Shown here in pieces: positions 39,920-52,600 of a stretch of DNA of 64,000 bases. Under the pieces are notes generated by a model. That model made no database searches and had not been told where the DNA came from. It saw only the letters and a list, made by a program, of their open reading frames with translations. This stretch comes from Raillietiella orientalis (taxonomy: Eukaryota), in NCBI GenBank assembly GCA_036172245.1, contig JAYWIR010000022.1, positions 2,976,001 through 3,040,000 of the forward strand. Reading direction: 5' to 3'. A program made the translations under genes and the position numbers. How positions within the stretch are numbered: position 1 is the first letter of the stretch; each line of letters opens with the position of its first letter.

Positions 39920-40657
39920 GGCTCCTGGACTGCGGCACGCGCCTGCCGCTCGCGGTTTCGTCCTGCGCCGATGACTGCGGCGCGCACTCCCCTACTCCCC
40001 ACCCCGTCAGGGGGAGTCCGCATCTCCGGGTGGGAGGTTCGCGCGCTCCCCCTGACCTTTTCCTGGGTCCTGCCATTCCGCGCGACCCGGAGGGCGGGAG
40101 ATTCCGAGGTGGCACCGACGGCTCCCTCCCGTCCCGCTCGGCGAGGCGGCAGAGGAAGGGCTTGTTCTGCTCCCATGGCATGGAGAGGGCATTCCCAAGA
40201 CGCCTGGGGAGCACGGCAAGCAGGGCGGCGAGACCTCTTCCAGGATGCGGAAGGACCCTTCTCCGGAGGCATAGATCCCCCACCAGTGGGAAGGTTCCAG
40301 CCTGAACTTGCCAGGCTCATCCAGCAGGCAGGAGGGGAGTCGGCGGTTTATGTCTCGAAGCGGTTCTTCCGCGAACGGGTCGCGTGGCACGTGACCGGTG
40401 CGTGCGCTGTGACACGCAGGTCCTACTACCACCCGCACTGCAGGGAATGCCATCTGCCACCGCGCTCCGACACCTTCCGTCGAATCGGCCCCGCGGGCGC
40501 GGACCCCCTGGGCAAAGAACCCCTCTCATTTGCTTGCCTTGCCTCGTCTCTTTCGGGGCTGAGGGCCCCCCAGGGCGCGTTCGGAGACTCCCGGCACGCC
40601 GGTGCATCTGGACGTGGGTGGTGCCGATCGAGATCCTGAAAGGTCACAAAAAATAAA
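39920..40657 (+). mobile_element. LINE ORF2 3' remnant, family B copy 2
   Basis: VYVSKRFFRERVAWHV...HPHCRECHLP. It ends in aaaaataaa at ~40650. Confidence 0.5.
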
Positions 40658-41590
40658 CATGTGTTCATTATGTATATTTACGTGTATAATGAACATATGT
40701 TAAAATCATGAATATGTAGGTATCGAACTTAAAAACAAAAAATCATTGTGGCAATTACAAATAGTGGAAAAAAATTATAAAAAGGTGGTGGCCATGATTC
40801 TACATTGGTATACATAATAAACATTAATAAGACGTATGTTAACAAAGGTTAATACTATGTATCTTAAAATATCGCTATGAACATGTGTATTAATAAATAT
40901 TAATTAATATGCATGTTAACATAAACCTGTAAATATATATATACTAATATGTGATTACGTATATGTATATGTAGATTAATATACAAGTTTAACTTTATAA
41001 TATACATTAATATTTTCTCGATAAATGTTTGTACTTATGTACATTAATACATATATATTAACGTTTATTATAATCTCAGACAAAATGTATTAATGCACAT
41101 TAATGATGTTAGCATGCATGTTAATAAATCGCAATGTATGTTGACATTTGTAGCTTAATCTACACAAATGTATACATTAATATACATGAGTACGTATGTA
41201 TTTATTTTTTATAATGTACATTAATCCATACTATAGACGTGCTTGTTTGTCGTATATATGAATTTATGTTCATTTACATAAACCTACATATTTATTCATC
41301 ATAATCTCCATACTATATGTATACATGCATATAAAAAACTTTTTTTTTATAATCTTCATAGCATGCATGAATCAATATCTGATGAATAAATATTTGCTTG
41401 TTATGTATATTGATATATATGTATATCAACACATTTATTTTAACCGTAATGCATATATTACTAATACATTAACATGTCTGCTAATAAATGGCAATATATG
41501 TTAATATGTATTTGTACATTAATCTACGTATGAATATATATATTAATGCACTTATGCATTTTTGTTTCCAATAACCTTCATAGCATCTGC
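40656..41590. repeat. AT-rich low-complexity island with degenerate internal repeats
   Basis: Abrupt AT-rich block between GC-rich flanks, with recurrent tacattaat and catagcatgcatg-like motifs and no ORFs. Confidence 0.8.
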
Positions 41591-43139
41591 GTGTTGATTG
41601 CTCGTGGGCCTACCTCGGGTTGCCATGGTGACTCCAGACATCGTCTGCCCCGTTCACGAGGGGGCAGCGTCGGAAGCGTCGTCGTCGAGCGTCCCTATTC
41701 CGCGGAATCAGCCTTCCGGAGCTCCAGGGAAGCATCGCTGGTGACCGAGCGTGATCCCGGGAGGGAGGTCTTTGGCGATCCGGGAGGAGGCAGCGACCGA
41801 GTGCCTGTGTGTGTATGTGTGTGTGTTTGCGGGGGAGGGAGAGATATCCCTCCGGGCCCTCTGCGTGGGGTAGCGGTCCCGGCGATCCGATAGCCCGCCA
41901 CTCCACAGGGGCGTCGTCGTTGTCTGCAGGCGCGGCGACATAGATGTTTCAAACGGGGGCTCAGGTGCGCCTGCCGCACGGCAGCTTCAACGGGATCGAA
42001 ACGGAACCTCAGCGTCAGAAGACGGCGGGCTTGCGGGAGCGCAGTGGCAGAGATCGCTTTCTCAGATGCCTGTTTCGGGTCCAGGGCAGAAGTCAGCTTG
42101 GATGCTGACTACTGATTTTCCTTCTGCCGAATTGGAAAAAAAAATTCCCGATTCATACTCTCGATGCAGCGTCCGTGGTCCTTGCGCCGAGCTAGTGAAA
42201 ACGCATCCTTAGGGAAGAGTGAAACCGCGGAAGGGAAGATCTGGGCGGCGGACCGAGAAGGCACGAAGGGAGACTGCAGACGGGCAGATTCCGGCCTGTG
42301 CTCTCCCTGGCATCCGGTGAGGTTCCCGAAATGAATGGTGGCTTCCCAAACTCCGGTGGTCGGGTGAGCTCCCGGGAAATCGTGGGCACGACATCGGTCA
42401 CAGTTCGCCGTGCAGCCGGCAGGTCCTTCCTGGAGGGCGCGTGACCGGGACGTAGGGTCATCATGGCGCTTGCGCTGGAGAGCCGGGAGGGCATTGCGGC
42501 CCACCCCACTTCATCGGAGAGGCTGCCGCCGCGTTCCCTCAGATCGAGCGCACCGCCGTCGTCTTCTCAACGGGAACGCAGAATCGTCATTCACCCAGAA
42601 CAAATCGGGGTTTCCCTCCAAGGCGCAGGGAACGCCTCGTGGAGTCCATTCTGGTTCCCCCCACATGTTCCTCCCCCCCCTCCTTCCCTCCCAATTTTTC
42701 TGCTGCCCCTGTAGAAAAATTCAATGCGGCTCCCCCCCTTCGGTTTTGTGTCTTTTGTCTGTAGTTTGCTTACCAGAGAAAAAAAAAAAATCCCAACTCC
42801 GGCAAGATAGCACTTCCTTCAAGAATCGGTGAGCAGAAGATCCTTAGCCGATGAGGAAGGTTTGGACGACAAACTTCAAATGACAAGCTGAACTTGAGAT
42901 GAAGTTCCCCTCTGAAATCTGCAAGATTTGAAGGAGGCACTTCCAAGCTGCTCAAGAGCACACAGCCTTTGCCCTGCAGAAGGGCATTCGTCCCCTTCAG
43001 AAATGGCAAGCTGACGGTCAACAGTGAATCACCGACAATCGTTCGCTGGTCTAACAGACAAGGAAAAGTAGCCAGGAAACCCAGCGAATACCCGGAAGTT
43101 CATCGCCTTCCCTTCTTTGATCCCTTGTTCTTTCCTAGA

Positions 43140-44090
43140 GGAATCTTCTTCAGAGGGAAACTGTTCTGGAGCCACACGGCCCGCGTTTGGAGACCGTGTG
43201 GCTGCGGCGGCCGCTGCTCGTGGAGCACCGAGAGTTGCGGGTTCGAATCCCGACCGGGTAAGGATCGACTCCGAGGGATAGGTGCGTCCCCACAAGATGA
43301 CGCTGGTCGGCCTATTCAGGTGCACTGGAGGAAGCCAGAATCCTCCGAGTTCTCCCATCGACCGGCCAGGATTGGAAGCTGACCTTCCGGGGTCTTTCCA
43401 GGACATCAATGGCCAGCGTTTGCTCCCTTGGGTGACTGTACTCGGTTGCAAGTAGATGGACATTGAAGTCCCCCGCGACGAGATGTGCCGCTCGAGGGCC
43501 GGAGATGCTGAGTCGGTGGCTCTGCACTTCGCTGAAGAATTGTATTCCATCGGCGCGTATACGTTCGTATTCGTTAAGACGAGATCGATGGACTCTGACT
43601 ACTTGACAACAAGCTAGCCCAACTCTTCCGTCCTCGTCGAACCGAACTCCGCACGAGCGTGAGGGGACGCACCGCCATAGTAGCGTCCCGCCCTCGCGTT
43701 CGATTTCGGAGTCGGTTCCCCTCCAGTTGCGAGAAGGGAGCCGTCCTCCATCTCGTACCGTGGGGCTGGTGGATTGATGTCGCCTCTCCAGAGTGTCGAG
43801 AAGAGCGCTGCTCCCTCCTGGGAGCTCCCTTCAGCGAAAATCTGGAAGCGTCCCTTTGGGGTACTATTCAGTGGAGAGCAGGAAGCTCATTTCTTCTCCG
43901 GGTTCCCCCCGGAGAAGAAATGAGGATTGACTTCAGAGAATGAGGAAGAGGTGGCTTCCTTCGTAGACAACCAGGGCGAGGGTTCGCCTCCGGGTTTTCC
44001 CCCCAAGCGTAAGAAGAACGAACTCCTTCCTCCGTAACCTTCCTAGATTCATAGGGTAGTCCCCTCTTGATTCGGTGCTTCAGGTTCCCA
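43140..44090 (+). mobile_element. LINE ORF2 3' remnant, family A copy 3, with an inverted APE fragment inside (~43420-43680, minus)
   Basis: Colinear motifs shared with 16300-16990 (caagatgacgctggtcggcc, ggaagcgtccctt, agacaaccaggg, ccccaagcgt, gattcataggg). The extra segment carries minus-strand FDEDGR, NVYAP and VAGDFNVHL APE motifs. Confidence 0.65.
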
Positions 44091-44249
44091 ACTAGTGCCG
44101 ACACGCTCGAACATCCGAAGTCTACTGCCGGGTAAGCAAACTCAGAGGCGCACCTCCGAGTTCGCTTCTTGTGAGTCTGCTGGCGGGGGGAAGGCTTCGA
44201 ATAGTAAGAGACACGGGGAGGACACACCCATCATCAAAGGGAACGCTCT

Positions 44250-44640
44250 GTCCTCAAGCGACAATGAACTGCGATGTTCTTCAAGAGGTGGAAACGACCA
44301 CCACGAATGCATGCAGAGGAGCTTAGCGGGTTGACGGTGCCGCTCGACTTCCGCTGGCAGGGCACCGCTCGACACATCGGGTTGGACGCTCTTCCAGAAA
44401 CTGAGAGCAGACCTCCCTAGTCGAGTCGTCGGCGGAAGAACAGCACCAATCTTCTCGTCCTGCTCAGCCGTGAAACCCAGCTTCTCAGGCTTGGTCCGAT
44501 AGCGAAGCTCCTCCCAGTGTTTAGAGCAGAGCTAGGGGTGGTGAACCCCTGGAGATGGTGAACGCATCCCCTACGAAGTCCTCGCCTCAGAAGATGGAAG
44601 GATGTTCGGAACACCATTCATTCCGTTTGCTGAGACAATG
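44250..44640 (-). mobile_element. LINE reverse transcriptase core remnant
   Basis: VSANG, FHLLRRGLRRGC (cf. FxLxRGxRQGCPLSP), SADDST (cf. YADD) and SSGTVN (cf. SGxxVNxxKS), frameshifted. Confidence 0.6.
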
Positions 44641-46681
44641 GGAATTTTGATGAGCTGACTTGGAATGATTTTTGGAATCCATGACGAAATGTTTCGGAGG
44701 CTGATCGTCCGTTTGTCACGAAGGACAAACTAACGAACGAGGATACCTACTCTTCTGTCGCCATCTTCTTCTTCCTTTTGGAGTCGCCACTTTCAATGCC
44801 CCCTTTGTCCGCAGTCCCTACTTTTTCTAGCGCCTCTCGTGTAGAAAAGGTCTCACGCAATGTGCTGCCTTGCCCGAGCAATGTCGTGGGGCACTGGCAT
44901 GAAGGTAAACAGCGCGCAATCCTTCACACCGTCATGGCTGACGATGATTCTCAAAGTACTCCTGCATTCTATTCCCATTGCTACATTACAGTGTTTCGTG
45001 TCCTGCCAAACTCTTCCCCTATGTTTGACTCCAGCTAGTTCGCTCCTTTAACGCAAATGGTGGTACGGTGGTCCGTCTTCTGGCACCGTCCGAAGTGTGC
45101 CCAATACGAATAGGTCACCTACATTAGAGTAGGAATTGCCATTAATGAAGAGAAGCGATATACGATGAACGAGAGGAATTAACCCGGTTCAGCTGATTGC
45201 TAATTTCTGTCAAACTGCCTAATTCGAGGGTCCTCTCAAGCAGGAACCTGGGGTGCACTTCAATGGAAGAGGAATCCTTTCCAAGTTCCATCAGCTGCTT
45301 CCAAGACTGTACACTTCGATTTACCTCTCCTGGATCAACGGCTTCTGCTTCGCGGGTCAGCTTCGGATTTCGGCGCTACTTTGCCTCGAGAGGCCAAAAA
45401 AAAAAAAAAGATGCGAGGTTCCTCATACCCGTGAGCCCCACTGCCCGTGCGCTTTGGGACCCCTAGCAGGAGTTCCCGTGCTGCTAGCAATTTCTTTTGA
45501 AGCTTCAGTTTACGACCCTTCCTTGAAAGTTTCTGCTCGTTTCCAAGTGAAGGGAGGAGGAGATGAAGAGAACGGCAAAAGCGGGCGCCATTGTACACAT
45601 CCCGTTATCCAGAGCAGCGCGACCAAATTCATTTTTTTTCTTCTTTCCAATCGCTGTTCTTTTAAAAATGCAAGTTCACTTCCGGGAGAGCTTCCCGCCG
45701 TGCGAGAAGAGTTGGTTTGTCTTCGTCTCCAAGTTCCACTGTGCTTTTCCTGTTCCAGGCAAAAATCATTGTGGGACCACGAATTCCCTTCTTATAGGGT
45801 GCAAAGCACGGAACAAGCAGAGAGGGGGGGATCACGATGGTGTTGCTGGTGTTTTCGAAGTGCTTCGATTAGCTGCCGACTCTAAGAGTTGGATTCTTGG
45901 ACGTTTGGGATGCAGAATCTCTGCGAGGGCGAAAGTCCCAAGAATGGGTGGGCACGTTAAGAGGGCGAGATCACGCAGCGACCCTCAGGACCTACGCTAT
46001 TTCTTTCAAATGCAAAAAAAAACTGCATTTCGTCAGCAGCTTTCGACTCGGTTACCTTTCTGCAAAAGCTGCGATCGTTTTCTCCGTTCGTTAAACTGTC
46101 GACGCCACCTAATTGCAACCCAATGAAATCAGACCACCAGTGCTTTCCAAGTTGCTTTCAATGAACATGAGCTTCCTGCTTTATTCAGCCGTGAAAGACA
46201 TTTATTGCCATCCCCGTCGTTTCCTTTTTTGAATCGATTCGGTCCAATCACTGATTCTTATAAGATGTTTCTCACGGAATCTAATTTCCTTCTGAGTTTA
46301 TGAAGAAGGAAGAAAGGAGAAAGAAAGTAGACAGACCACTGCACCACTTTTGTCTTTAATCGGTGGCTTCCAATGAAGTGTCACCTCAGCAAATAAAAAA
46401 AAAAAAAAAAAATGTCCTTTCTATTTTTGGATCGGTTCAAATTATCCGTGAGCACTTTGTCCTCCGTCAAGAATCATCCTGAGCGTCTCTTGGAAAAACT
46501 GCTGCCTGCTCGCATCCGACCACATCGATGCTTGCTGATCACCAAGCTGTGAGCGCATCTATGGGAATCTTCTAGAAACGATCGATAATTCAAGCGCACG
46601 TATGAGTCGTTACATTCATGACAAACGGACCAAATGTAATTCAGCAGATGCATTCACTGTACACAGTGCATGGAAAGAGGT

Positions 46682-49600
46682 TTATTTGTTCTTCCTGAAT
46701 GGTCCAAAATAGTACGAGCTGGGATGTCTTGAGTTCGAGGCATCTTCCCAATGACGCAGGTCTAAAGATCCCAGAATATTGCCTCGGCAAGGGACTCTTG
46801 GATTCCTATAAAAATGAAGTCCATTAGAGGTTGACGTTTCTGGGTCCCCTCTGCTGATAAGTAAACTTGCGTTTACTTGCCAACAGACACTGGGAGTTGA
46901 AGCAGTGGTAGGCATCGTAGGGCGTGCGCTGGCGCAGGCAGTGCGCAGAGGAAACATCACAGCGGGATGAAACACGATCCGGTATCATAAGAATCGCTGG
47001 TCCATTCATACTCTTTAGAGCGTCAGATTGTTACGAAAGGTTTGTTTCCGATGCGAGGAAACGAGCTTCGTTTCCAAAGTTCGTCTTCCACATCACATCG
47101 AGATTCTGCAGAAGAACTGTGAACTCGAGAGAGAGAGAGAGAGAGAGAGAAAGGCAGGCAAAAGACTAGGGTGACTGCGAGCCGCCGCAAAGTTCCAGCT
47201 CGTTACGCGTCTTCCATGCGTCAAACATCCGAAAAGGCGAACTCTCGGCTGCTGGTGCTGCAGCAGAGCCACCTCCCCCCCGCGTTTTTGCTGCGTACGG
47301 ATGGTTGCTTGTTCGGTCCGCGTTGCATCCAACGCAGCGACCCCAGCAACGTAAGGAAGCCAGGAATGCCCACTTTCTGTCATCTCGCATCTTGGACGTT
47401 TCCCGTGTTCTGGCAGTGCTTCGCGAGTTTTGCACGCGTCTGGCACGCATCCAGCCTGTTTCGTAGGTATGCGTTTTGGATCCTTAGGAAGTGAGAAGGA
47501 CGAAGCCAACTCGTTTCCAAGGTGGTCTTTGAGAACGTGCGCATCGTTTCCCACGAGAGCGCTGCTACAATCCGACGGACCGAAAGTCGACACAGATGTG
47601 AGTGCTTTCCCTGGAGGCGAGAGCATTTCCCCCGCGCGTACTCACACGTCGTGGTCGGGGAGGACCATCGCGAAAATCTGGATGGTTTCCACGTCATCCG
47701 TGTTGTCGCAGATCAGCTTCGAAAGGCGGATCTTCCGGATCTCATTCAGCTGCTCTGTAAGTCGGAAGACCCCCCTGACCCTTCCGCCCTTCCAGAAGCA
47801 GGCTAACTTCCTCACCCAGAGTGAACGAGCTCGGCCATCCTCCGTTCTCGTACCAGAATCGGTCGCCATATCTGAGGTCTTTGAACTGCTGCGCTATCAG
47901 GCAGGCGAAGGTCGGTCCAACCATGCTCGCCGCTATCGGCCTTTCCGATATCCCTCCAGAGAACAGGTCGATGTCGTCCACATGCCTAGTGGGACATAGG
48001 GGGGAAACAAAACAGAACAGACGTATGAGTCAGATCAGGTATTCAGTTGCAGCAGGGCGCAGGCGCGCAGCCTGAAGGCCCTGTTCTTCCGGCTTTACCT
48101 GTACACCTCGGCATACCGCTTCACCGTCAGGTTGGGCATGTGCTCTAGGAGATCCGAAAATTCCCGAACCACGGGTAGGTCGCAGAACTTCCTATAATCG
48201 TTGTATCCCGGCACCCCATGGTCTCTCCCTCTCTGTATGTTTGTGGATATCAGATCCATTCCGAAATGGTTGCTTGGTTTCTCGAAGAGATGGTTGGTGA
48301 CCTATTTGGAACAGCAGCACGATGTTTGCTCTCCCCTTTCCTCATGTGGGCAGCGTGGCACCCCACGGCTATTCTGCACCTACTTCTTGGGTCACTGAGT
48401 CATCCACCGCTTGCGAGACTTGGTTCACCATCCCCAGGACGTAGGTGTCGAACCATCCTATTTTGAAAAGATCGAAAGGCTGCAGGAGCAGCTCGCTAAG
48501 CCTCTGGGAACCTTTTGGAAGCAACATGAATTGACAGGCAGCGGTTCCAGCATCCGTGTTTACCGATGTATTTGTGCGTTTTGGACCAGCGCTCTATGGT
48601 GCTCGGTAAAAGGGAATGACCGAACCTAAAAGCTGACGTCACAAACGCCTCGGAAGCGGAAGGGTTGACTTTGGGATCGTACCCGTCGAAGTAGCCCTGG
48701 AGGGAAAGGGTCAAGAAAGTGAGGTGACGCTCTGATGAGTCCGCAGACTCACTTGCTTCTCGGTAATGAGGCCGTACTTCTCCATGATGTCTTTCCCCAG
48801 GACCATCGGGAGGAACTCGTTGTAGGTGATGTGCTGGATCAGGGCGGCAACTATCTTGCGCGTCTCCTAGCAGCTTGGGGTGAGGGTGCGCAGACAGGCG
48901 GCAAAGCCAAGCACCCACCTGATAGAGCAGTTCGTCATCCCAGTAGGGGTTGATGAGGGACAGCTCGCGGGCTATCCTGTTGTGCTCCCTAACGAATAGA
49001 ATGTGGGTCGCTGCGAGTGCGAGCTGTTCGTTCACCCTCGGGTCACCTAATGGGGAGTAGTCCCGTCACATTTATGCGGCCTGGTTGCACCCCCGCAATC
49101 AGTCTCCCCGGAGGCGTTCGAGGCGCGCCGCGCCGAATAGATCCGACGGGCAACGGAGCTCTCCCGAAAAAACCTGCGGGTCGTGAACGCCTCTGGATGT
49201 GCGCGCCTCTCCCTGGCACCCGGATCGGAAGACGGCCCCAAGCTGCAGCTGGGGCACGTTCCTCCAATTGTTCCGCGCTCTTCCTCTGGGCTGTGCGAAG
49301 GGGTCACGAAATCGCCCGTTGTGGTTGATCCCAGCAGGAACCGCTTCCCCTCCAGACTCAACTCTTCGGAGAAGGGGCAGGGAATAAAGAAAAGGGCTTG
49401 TTGTTTCCCCTCAGGGCTTGCTGCTGTTGTTTGGAAGGACGATGGGAGAGCACCGTTGCGGCTTGCGCCGCCTTCCGACAGCTCGAAGCCTCGCGCGGAA
49501 GATGCCGCGGCCCCGATGCTGTAGGTTTGGTGGCCCATGCCCTAACCGAGACTGTGCTCCTGACGCCGGATCATGTCTTCCTCTGAGATGGTGCTGGAGG

Positions 49601-52600
49601 ATGGCGGGTGTGCGGGACGCGCGACGGGAAAGCGAGGCACTTAGGACGTCGCAGACGGCAGCGACGCAGCCGAAGAGGCGCAGAAAACGAGAAGTCCTTC
49701 CTTCCCGACCGTCAGTGGAACTTCTGGTCCGCGCAAGAGCTCGTCCCCACGACTTTCCACGTGCTGAGGAAGCCTCCCTTTCTTGCCTCCACTGCTGACC
49801 AGTTTCCAGGATCTCACGATACGGAACTCGGCTGCGTCAGTGAGCGAGCCTGGTGGAAGGTTGGACACCCTGGGAAACGCCGAGCTAATGGCCCGTTGCC
49901 AGGAGGTTCCTCCTTGAGCAAGGTCGAACCGGTTCCGGAGACGAATAGCCCCATCGTGCCTCGGGGGAATATGTGCTCCCACTTATACGGCTGCCATCCC
50001 CTCCCGCTGATGCGGTGGCCCCCGCAGCAGCCGAACGCGCTTCGAGGTTCTCGGCCAGCTGCGGGGATTTCAAGGGCGCACTGGGCGGCGTCCGTCCGTT
50101 CACTTCTCCCCTCCCCCCGACGGAGGGGTACAGCGGGGCCCACTCGATGTCTCTGTTACGATCGCCGGAAGAGGTGGCCTGCAGTCTCGGGGACTGGGCA
50201 TCTCCGACGGCGGAGACGCACCCCACTGCGAGGAACCCGTCCGGAGCACAGTCGGTGGCTCCGGGTCCTCCTGTCTAGGAAGGGAGCCGTTTGATGGGAT
50301 CTTGCGACCGCAGGGAGGGAGTTCTCCACCCGGGCTTCTTGCTCTCTCCCGTCAGGATAGGTTGAGGATCCATAGTGGGTTGCGTTTCCGTCCGCGCGCT
50401 CTCTCGTCAGCGGGTCGCTGATTGCGCGCCATCTATTTCGCACCTTCGCAGTCTCCGCGGTTCTTAAGGGAGCAGCGGATGGCAGCACTCTTGCCAGCCC
50501 TTACTCTCCTCCACCTTTCCGAGCAGTTTTCCGGCGGGGTGCGCAAGGGTGCGCGCTCCTTTCCTGCCACCACCCCAGAACGACTTTTCCTGTCTTCGCG
50601 GAATGATGCCCCCCTCTCGAATTCTTCGTGCACTCGCTCTTCTACCTCCCCGCCCCCTTCCTCTTCTCCCTCTTGAGAAGGGGGGACGGCGTCTCCTTCC
50701 TGCAGAGGCGACAGCGCTTCCCTCTTTGAAGAGAGAGTCGGCTGCATGCCGGACGGTCGATTCGGCGTTGATCCCCTGATGCTCCCTTCATCCTTCCCCC
50801 GCGTTTGCCCTGCTTGACGGGACGCCTACTCTGCGCGCGCGCGATGGACACCGGTCAGAGGCATTTCCAGACAACCTTGCCGTCGCCCGGAGGAAGGGGG
50901 AGTCGGTGAGAGTCAGATGGCGCTGCGTCCGTCCCGCTCCTCGTTTGGAGGGTCTCCTCCCTTCTTTCGGCAGCAGTACTGGCCGACAACCGCTCGGCCC
51001 GTCGCCAAAACCCCAAGGCTCCGTTCAGGGTGCATGGGGGGTCGCGCCTCGCTCTCAAGAGTCGGCTGCCTGGCAGTATCCCCGTGGCCGTGAGGGCCTC
51101 GGAAGCGCAGCACAGGGTTTCTCAGAGTCCCGGAGGGGATAACACATTCTTTCGAGGCGCCCAGAAAGGTGGACGCGAGTCTGAGCTCGCCGAGGGGCAC
51201 CGGAGGGAAGGGCGTGGTCTTTTTGGGTGGGAGGGGCTCACCAGACAGGAAGCAGAAGAAGTCCTTCTTTGCCCGGATACACCCGCTGTCTGGTCTTTCG
51301 ATGTTCAAGGGCAGCAGATCCTTCAGCCCGTGCTCCTTGAACAGCGGGAGGGTCTTCATCAGGCCGTCCTCGAAGTTCCTCAGCTTCCTGGCCTTCTCCT
51401 CCGTGGACCCGTAGATCCACCCACCATCCAGGGTGCTGGCCGCCTCGTTGGAGGGAGTTCTCGGTCCTGAGAAAGGAACGGGCGCGGGATGCCTGCAGGA
51501 AGAGGTCGCCGGTGCCCCCCGCTTACCCAGTTTGCAGAAGGGGTGGATCCCGGTCAGGGACCTGACGAAGTTCAGGCAGGTCTGCTTGAAGGTGGAATAG
51601 AACACGTCGTCCTTGGGGATGTCTATGGTGGCGCAGTTGGGATGGCTCTCCTCGCAGCAGTTGGGCACTTTCCCGGTCTTCTCGTCTTTTTTTTTCATTT
51701 ATTTTTTTTCATGAGGTTCGGTAGGTTTCAGGAATGCAGGATTTTTCTCGCCCCCCCCGCAAAGTGTTGCCGCCAGCATCTATCGTCACTGCCACCGCCA
51801 CCACCATCGCTGCCATCACTGCTCACCATGCGCCGCCACCGCCGTGCGCCACGCTCACCTGCAGCCCGGAAGCGCCCGAACGCCCTGCGCCCTTTACCTC
51901 TCGTGTCGGAGATTAGCGTGATCTCGTGGTTGATCGCTTGACCCCAAGCCGCCAGCATCACTGTGGCCGCGTGGTCGTGGAAGCCTTCGTCCCTGTGGAC
52001 ATGGGCGGACACCTGTCTCGGGGACGGGAGAGGGAAGCCGGTCTTGCTGGTGCGCATCTTGGTGATTCCTGGCAACGGGGAAGGCGAGGATTGGCAAGGA
52101 GTGCTCACCTATGCAGTCTCACCCGTCTTCCCCCCCCCTGCCCAAGCTTTTCCCAAGGAAAACCGGTGGCAGAGGTCCGATCCCGACAGGGGGTGCCAGG
52201 GCGTCGGCCACCGCCCTGCATCCGTTCCCCCCTCCTCCCTGCGCGGGGTGGGCCTGCAGGAGGAAGGGCTCTCCCTCCTGGGCTCGCCGCCGCTAACTCC
52301 CTTACTTCCCCCGGCTCCTCACCGTCTTCGTAGGCAGGGGGCAGCAGCCTCTTGTAAGTCGTCCTGGACGCACCCCAGTAGGGGTACTCGATGTTGTTGC
52401 AGAGGCCGTTGAACTCCCTGTAGGGCTGGGGTTTGCATTCCATGTGTCCCAAGAACCTCGGGCAGAAGTCGTCGATGACCGTCTTGGAAGTGTCGATGAG
52501 TGGCAGCGCGAAGAGCTTCGCGTCCGTGGGGAAGTCGTACCTGGGTGGAGTGGGAGGCCCACGTCACCGAGGAGTAGAAAAAAGAGCGAGCGCGTGCATG

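Noticed and set aside
43190..43260. tRNA/SINE-like B-box (gcgggttcgaatcccg), with a weaker look-alike at 16200-16265
   Set aside because: There is no convincing cloverleaf or A-box. The homologous position at ~33670 reads as LINE ORF2 protein (SRPGK), so it is probably coincidental. tRNAscan-SE would settle it.
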